This document shows, piece by piece, positions 25,401 to 29,873 of a stretch of DNA of 29,873 nucleotides. This DNA is from Trichoplax sp. H2. Taxonomy: Eukaryota. Positions within the stretch are counted from its first letter, which is position 1. Each line of letters opens with the position of its first letter. Below the pieces are notes generated by a model. That model ran no database searches. It saw nothing but the letters and a program-made list of their open reading frames with translations, and had not been told where the DNA came from. The position numbers and the translations under genes are program-made. The DNA lies in assembly GCA_003344405.1 (NCBI GenBank), contig NOWV01000129.1, positions 186,001 to 215,873 on the forward strand, given 5' to 3'.

Positions 25401-28400
25401 TATATCTATATACGAAATAAAAACAGCCCAATAAGCTGTCTCAACTTTTAAATAGTTATTTGTAATTTATGTGACCTATGATAAGGTATCTTCTCAAAAA
25501 TATAACAAAAACTACAGTTTCTTGTAAACTTCACTTTATTACTTAAGTTAGGTTCGATATCAATCACGGACTATTACTAAATTATCTCTGGGCTTTCTAA
25601 GTTATTACAGCTATATTTAAAACCTACGGACATCTAATTGCAAAATGAATCGCTTTCATCACAATCATTTCTTGCCGATTAAGTTACAAGATTAAATAGA
25701 AATTTACCATCGCGCCATCTATTCATAATTTGTACTTCTAATTTAAGCATCGGAATACAAATTTCACAATACTAACATACCTAGCACAATCTATTCATAT
25801 CTCGATATCTTAATATAAACATCTTATTAAACTTGCTGCAACAACTACGATAATCTACTGCTATAGATGGACACTTATACAGTACGGTGCAATTCACAGT
25901 CTAGTAATCGTCGTCTTAGATATATTTGGGGCTGTACTACAATACTGATCATAATTAAGCATATTCAACGCAACGGTCTTACAATTTTTCAACAAAATCG
26001 AGCCTTCTAAAGGATATTTCCTTAAGATCGGTAAGGTATGGACTTCCTATAGCGCTGTGTCCGTCGAAAGAATTTATTATATAGTATATGAGATTAAATA
26101 AAAATCATCACATGAAGTTAAATATAGCTCTGTAGATGGAGAATGTAACTCTCGCAGATGCTTTCTCTTACAGCAATCGCAATCTGATTAATTTTTGGAA
26201 AGCAAAATCAGGAATTTCAGAAAACGGATTGTCAGTTATATACCTGCAAAAGTTACACACATTTTTTCAATACTTTCAGGTTTAAAACTCAGTTACAATT
26301 CATCTTTGCTCCATCAGCATATCTCTTTATAGTCATAGACTGTTACGCTTTCGAAACTCTTCTACTTTGTAGCAAAGAAGATTTGCTAGAAATCTCCAGG
26401 CGAGTCCACTAAAGCTAAAGTATTGAGCTAAGCTTTATTGACTTACTATAGCGAAATATATTCGAACAAATGCTATATAATTATTGCAAATAAGATAATA
26501 GTCGATAATTAATTCACAAAAAATGATAACATATCAGAAAAGCATTCAGGCAACTATTTAATCTATAACCTCTTCCATAGACTTACATCCTACAAATTTA
26601 TGCCTAAGTACTGTGCTACTCTAGTCAAAAAGAGTGAGTTAAAGTTATAGTGAGCTAGTAATATAGAACTTATATCAATATAATAAAAGTATCATTTTTA
26701 AACAAAGACCTTCAAATAATTTAACTCTACTGCAGATTCTTTACTATCAACAACTGAGCTCACTTAAAAAATTCTCGACCGCATGCTTTACAACTAAGAT
26801 TACTGCTGTCAAAAAGACCCAAAATTACTTCATACTTTATTATTAAAGTTAAATTTCTGGTAGCAAAGATATTAAGAGCATTAAAAGTCTTACTTTATTG
26901 AGCAATAATAGAAATAGTGCTCTATTATATTCAGTTAACAACTCTGGCTAATTGAATAGGAAATATCTCCTGTAAGTAACTATTTAATTTATTGAATTAA
27001 TTTGTACTTTATGCACTATACTTACAACTGCTTTAAGGAACCGATATTATCGAATATGGTGACTGGAATTTTCTTCAGGTAATTTTGGGTAAGATTTCTT
27101 TTAATTTCAAAGTTTTCAATAAGTATTATGGGTTTAATGATTACAGTACCTTACAATACGTATGTTAGCTTCGAGATCACTATCTCGAGTCCATAGTAGA
27201 AGAATACGAGATGATGACATACTTACAGATGCGTCATGGATGAATAAGGAAGCCCAAAAGCTGCTTCATGTATCCTATTAATCATATTACTTCCTAGATT
27301 TCTGTGATTTAAGTTACACTTAAATAGCTTAGTATTTTAGTTATATAAGCTAAGTAGTACTTTTCCATAGTAATAAAAAAGCATAAAAGCGAATCAAGCG
27401 TTAATTTTTAGAAACATTAAATGACGTTTGAATTAATAGGAAATCTATAGCAGAGGCTGTAGTGAGTTGAGCTTTAATTGTATTTGGATTTGGCCATAAA
27501 TTTAAACTTGTTTGAATTAAAATAGTTTGTCTACAGTACTTGAATTATTCGTAGGCAATGGTATAGTTTTTACTTAAAATTTCTGAGCATAGGGTTATAT
27601 ATCAAATATAGACATTAAATACAAAATTACGTTAAATTGGAATAGTAATTCATGTGATAGAAATGTTGTAATTAATACGACTAGACTGAATTTTAAGCAC
27701 TTCCTTGACGATACATTTAGATGCCTTGGCATCTATTATTAAAAAGTTTACTAGAGTTATAACTCTGCAGACGGTTGGAGTTATCATAATATTAAAGTTC
27801 TATTTAAGACCGCACAAATGACGAATAAAGCACTTTTAGTGATTTCTCCGAGTTCTTCGTGAGTTACACTGACTACTGTAATTGGCTAGGGATCATCAAA
27901 GGTAGTGTAGTTCCTTTATAGTAAATTGCCTAGTGACTTTGCTCTAGATTGGTTCTAGTCTTCATTACCGGCGTAGCGGTATAGTAATAGTAGTGATAGA
28001 AGAGGAAGTATCTCTTCTCATTGCACTATTGTACTTAGTGAAATTTTAGTCTGTCACAAACTTGTGCAATTAATAACGTATATATTATTCAACTACGGGA
28101 TTTGTTCATTAAATTCAAAAAATACTGACACAAATTACAATATTCCTAATTTATTATTCAGAATTTTCCTTATTCTAAATTGTAAAATATTCGAGTAAAT
28201 TTATTCTTACAATTGCAAAGGAGCAAATGCCGAAAAAGTATTCGATCCAATGTGATTTATAAAGTTATGTGTTAGGCGTCTGTAAAGAAGTAGAGATTTC
28301 ATTAACGTCAGTTAAAAATAACTATTAATCATCCAAGGTACATAAATATTGTACTTATATTTACAATTGATTTGTTTTAACATGAAGTAATTCAGATATA

Positions 28401-29589
28401 CAGTAGCCTTTCTCTTAGATTTTATTTAATAATGTTTTATTTAAAAATACATATATTTATAGTCTATCGATATCCTAAAATATTACGATTAAATCAAGTT
28501 GAACTCAATTCAGCACTAAACTACTTGATACTTCTATATCAAATACGTACAAATCTTTTAATGATACCATATCTTTGAAAGTTTCAGGTTCTAAGATGGA
28601 AATTTCGTTAACAGACAGTACTCTGAAGCAAAGAAATTGTTTTACTTTTCTACAACAGTAAAATTAATATTTTGTCTAAACTGTTAGGCTCTGCCTGAAA
28701 ACTTTACAAATGCCTAAGCTTCAAAGTATTTAATCCACAGATTTCAAAATTACGTATTGAAAGTTGAAGGTTAGTTAATTGAGTTGTATAAAATTAGAAA
28801 GTAATTTTACTCACAATTTTTTGACGAACCAACATTCTAAAAATTGCCAGCGATTAAGTTTTTTTATTTTGTTAATATACAAGATTCTTTGATGACAAAA
28901 TGTCCGAATTTAACGAATATAAAGTGCATTTAAGTGCCGTTAGTGATTTAGTATCGCAATTATAACTTATGAGGACCATCTAAAATAAATAGCGTATATC
29001 TAGGAAGATTTCTTACATTTTCTGTAGAGTGGTACCATTGCACAAGTGATTCGGTAAACTTACTAATCGATTTCTCCTTAAATCCCTATCAAAAGTATTA
29101 CATACGTAATCATCGCCTTTTATTTGCATACGAGTAGTAAAATTATTTATATTTCCATGCCTCCAAGTATGAAATACGTTTACTGTAAATAGGTTTGACA
29201 TATTTAAATGCGATTTTGGGTATTCTGTCAAGCTAACAAACTAGAACTAAATATACGTGCAAATATACAATTTGACATCAAAATCTTTCAGGAACGTATG
29301 AAGATGATAGCATGGTGGTTCATGAAAACCTGCTTAAATCGATAAATGGTCCATGATGGTTTTATGTTATTTATTATAAGAAAGTGACAATTAAAGCATA
29401 TTTATGAAGTGAAACGTTGCTAAAAAGTTCAAGTGAAATTTTAACAGGCGAGTCTAAAGTTTTAACTTCTGCTTGCTTACAAGTAAAATTCATTACATCA
29501 ACTCGAACTGACCACTTATAATATGAAGCAGTAAAACAAAATCTCGTCTTTGAAGCGATATAACGTAATTTTGTTATTACGGGTGCTGA
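13232..29589 (-). CDS. Multi-exon LRR-containing rhodopsin-class GPCR (LGR, RXFP/GRL101-like hinge), probably fused to a C-terminal pseudokinase domain; 5' end probably outside window
   Basis: Chain of GT-AG exons with consistent phases: 2 N-terminal exons, 18 LRR exons, a 1043-nt hinge+7TM exon, a candidate linker and 3 kinase-like exons; sum ~3276 nt (~1,090 aa). The LRR-7TM part is strongly supported, while the junction to the kinase exons is inferred. Confidence 0.7.
14172..14392 (-). CDS. Kinase-like domain exon 2 (hinge, alphaD/E, degenerate catalytic loop IIYGNIHMDAIFI)
   Basis: TTTGTAG acceptor in phase 2 matches the previous exon. Reads LICYALP..GILSDLI..LTPESVIQIVKDIEVAFNSLKFHSIIYGNIHMDAIFI..VFKSVVL; donor GTAACC in phase 1. 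Confidence 0.75.
14551..14783 (-). CDS. Kinase-like domain exon 1 (N-lobe: beta3 Lys, alphaC Glu, HxNI-like)
   Basis: TTTTAG acceptor, GTAAG donor, 233 nt open: NFKLRLIDRSHKNCKLGWLKCYDRKDRNLWEKEKQFYYDIALRNWHISNIVECIWFEGG...HNRL. Absent from the ORF track. Confidence 0.75.
15236..15315 (-). CDS. Candidate linker exon between 7TM and kinase-like exons (SSNSHCSIVANTYPFDIKTSHNNLLKI)
   Basis: TCTTCAG acceptor, GTAAAG donor, open frame, phase 1 to phase 0, which are the phases needed to join 18083 to 14783. No homology evidence. Confidence 0.45.
18083..19125 (-). CDS. Hinge + 7TM exon of LGR-type GPCR (relaxin receptor/GRL101-like)
   Basis: Acceptor ..TACAG, then ASSREYLCCHAP..CEPLPDQFSLSTCNDIL (type-C LGR hinge). 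Class A motifs: GN (TM1), NLSAADLLMG (TM2), TLDRY (TM3), TDLLCWLP (TM6), PLNSCINPVLY (TM7). Strong donor GTAAGT after YSFSK (phase 1). Confidence 0.95.
19796..19867 (-). CDS. LRR exon 18 (RIKNNPLIHFNRYSLLAASSLTDI)
   Basis: 72 nt, CAG/GTAAGT; joins in frame to the hinge/7TM exon. Confidence 0.9.
20501..20572 (-). CDS. LRR exon 17 (NLNNNQIVKLEPYCFANLPSLNGL)
   Basis: 72 nt, TAG/GTAAGT, canonical LRR. Confidence 0.92.
21061..21132 (-). CDS. LRR exon 16 (NLDYNNISDICVTQKIESGKLKEL)
   Basis: 72 nt, TAG/GTAAGC. Confidence 0.9.
21286..21357 (-). CDS. LRR exon 15 (ILDHNQLGNSDYLSLMKLTNLEVI)
   Basis: 72 nt, TAG/GTAAGT. Confidence 0.9.
21986..22057 (-). CDS. LRR exon 14 (KMSECQLKIIGPRFISTLNHVTYL)
   Basis: 72 nt, AAG/GTAAGT. 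Confidence 0.85.
22180..22251 (-). CDS. LRR exon 13 (TLDGYDLDQTPKNLLFDMNNVQYV)
   Basis: 72 nt, TAG/GTAAGT. Confidence 0.85.
22366..22440 (-). CDS. LRR exon 12 (SLSYTNLTTDKLIAILSERKHYMTL)
   Basis: 75 nt, strong pyrimidine tract + TAG, weak donor GTATCT, phase 2-2. Confidence 0.65.
22728..22799 (-). CDS. LRR exon 11 (FLDGNNLKEIDHYGIMNLSNIKIL)
   Basis: 72 nt, CAG/GTAAG. Confidence 0.9.
23131..23238 (+). repeat. Short near-tandem duplication (33 bp x2, 75 bp period) in LGR intron
   Basis: GATAATTAACTCATAACATAATTAATCAACTAA (23131-23163) versus GATAACTAACTCATAACCTAATTAATTAACTAA (23206-23238). Confidence 0.7.
25058..25135 (-). CDS. LRR exon 10 (AMMNCHLNTSIINTDLLKEIPYIQGL)
   Basis: 78 nt, TAG/GTAAGT. 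Confidence 0.8.
25331..25405 (-). CDS. LRR exon 9 (YIMNSVNLRSFDSHLLRHLGSLATL)
   Basis: 75 nt, TAG/GTAAAT. Confidence 0.85.
25983..26054 (-). CDS. LRR exon 8 (AIGSPYLTDLKEISFRRLDFVEKL)
   Basis: 72 nt, CAG/GTAAG. Confidence 0.85.
26172..26243 (-). CDS. LRR exon 7 (YITDNPFSEIPDFAFQKLIRLRLL)
   Basis: 72 nt, CAG/GTAAG, canonical LRR. Confidence 0.9.
27026..27097 (-). CDS. LRR exon 6 (NLTQNYLKKIPVTIFDNIGSLKQL)
   Basis: 72 nt, AG/GTAAGT, canonical LRR. Confidence 0.9.
27227..27301 (-). CDS. LRR exon 5 (NLGSNMINRIHEAAFGLPYSSMTHL)
   Basis: 75 nt, CAG/GTAAGT. Confidence 0.9.
28211..28279 (-). CDS. LRR exon 4 (RLTHNFINHIGSNTFSAFAPLQL)
   Basis: 69 nt, CAG/GTAAG, canonical LRR. Confidence 0.9.
28551..28622 (-). 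CDS. LRR exon 3 (VLSVNEISILEPETFKDMVSLKDL)
   Basis: 72 nt, CAG/GTACGT, canonical LRR. Confidence 0.9.
28815..28886 (-). CDS. LRR exon 2 (ILYINKIKKLNRWQFLECWFVKKL)
   Basis: 72 nt, AG/GTGAGT, phase 2-2. Confidence 0.85.
29017..29085 (-). CDS. LRR exon 1 (DLRRNRLVSLPNHLCNGTTLQK)
   Basis: 69 nt, AG/GTAAG, phase 2-2, LxxNxL motif. Confidence 0.85.
29269..29329 (-). CDS. LRR N-cap-like exon (CFHEPPCYHLHTFLKDFDVKL)
   Basis: CAG acceptor, phase 1 to phase 2, GT donor; joins in frame to LRR exon 1. Confidence 0.65.
29481..29589 (-). CDS. Candidate N-terminal ectodomain exon of the LGR
   Basis: Open frame SAPVITKLRYIASKTRFCFTASYYKWSVRVDVMNFT ends in a phase-1 GTAAGC that matches the next exon; the acceptor position is uncertain. 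Confidence 0.5.
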
Positions 29590-29873
29590 CTTATTTTATA
29601 TTAGGTTATTACGTAAAATTTCTGGTAAATTTTATAATAATTCTATCATACAAGACTGTAATGTAACTAGTAATGTGATTGTAGACTGTTAGCCATGTTT
29701 AGTATAATGTACGGTAGATATTTATCCTAAGAGATATTTGGTAGCTATAACTATAGACTGTAGTGGTATAGACTCTATGCTAGAGTACAGATGATTATAT
29801 ACAGTAAGGTGTTGAGTTACTAATAAGGCTATAGGTAAAAATAGAACTGTAAATCATATATTAGGATATGGTT

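Noticed and set aside
26894-26969. AG/GTAAG-bounded 76-nt segment resembling an LRR exon
   Set aside because: Stops in all three frames and length not a multiple of 3.
29086-29231. N-terminal part of the 72-aa ORF 29013-29231
   Set aside because: Better explained as intron; only 29017-29085 has LRR pattern and splice sites.
1-29873. Prokaryotic systems (CRISPR arrays, operons) and tRNA/rRNA genes
   Set aside because: No regularly spaced repeat-spacer array or structured RNA gene seen; spliceosomal introns indicate a eukaryotic locus.

Overview
AT-rich, intron-dense eukaryotic (animal) genomic DNA. The compact introns and gene content suggest an early-branching metazoan such as a placozoan (inference only). 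The left third (+ strand) holds two tandem, two-exon paralogous genes for ~246-247 aa secreted Cys-rich proteins with a fibrinogen-related/intelectin-like N-terminal motif, plus a decayed fragment of a third copy and several diverged non-coding repeats. The right two-thirds (- strand) hold one large multi-exon gene whose 5' end is probably outside the window. It has 18 single-LRR phase-2/phase-2 exons, a relaxin-receptor/GRL101-type hinge and a rhodopsin-class 7TM domain. Downstream on the same strand are three spliceable exons encoding a degenerate protein-kinase-like domain (HRD->YGN, DFG->DFS). A phase-compatible linker exon would join everything into a ~1,090+ aa LRR-GPCR-pseudokinase fusion, which is the most notable candidate here. 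All exon models were assembled by eye from GT/AG sites and reading-frame continuity and need transcript confirmation.
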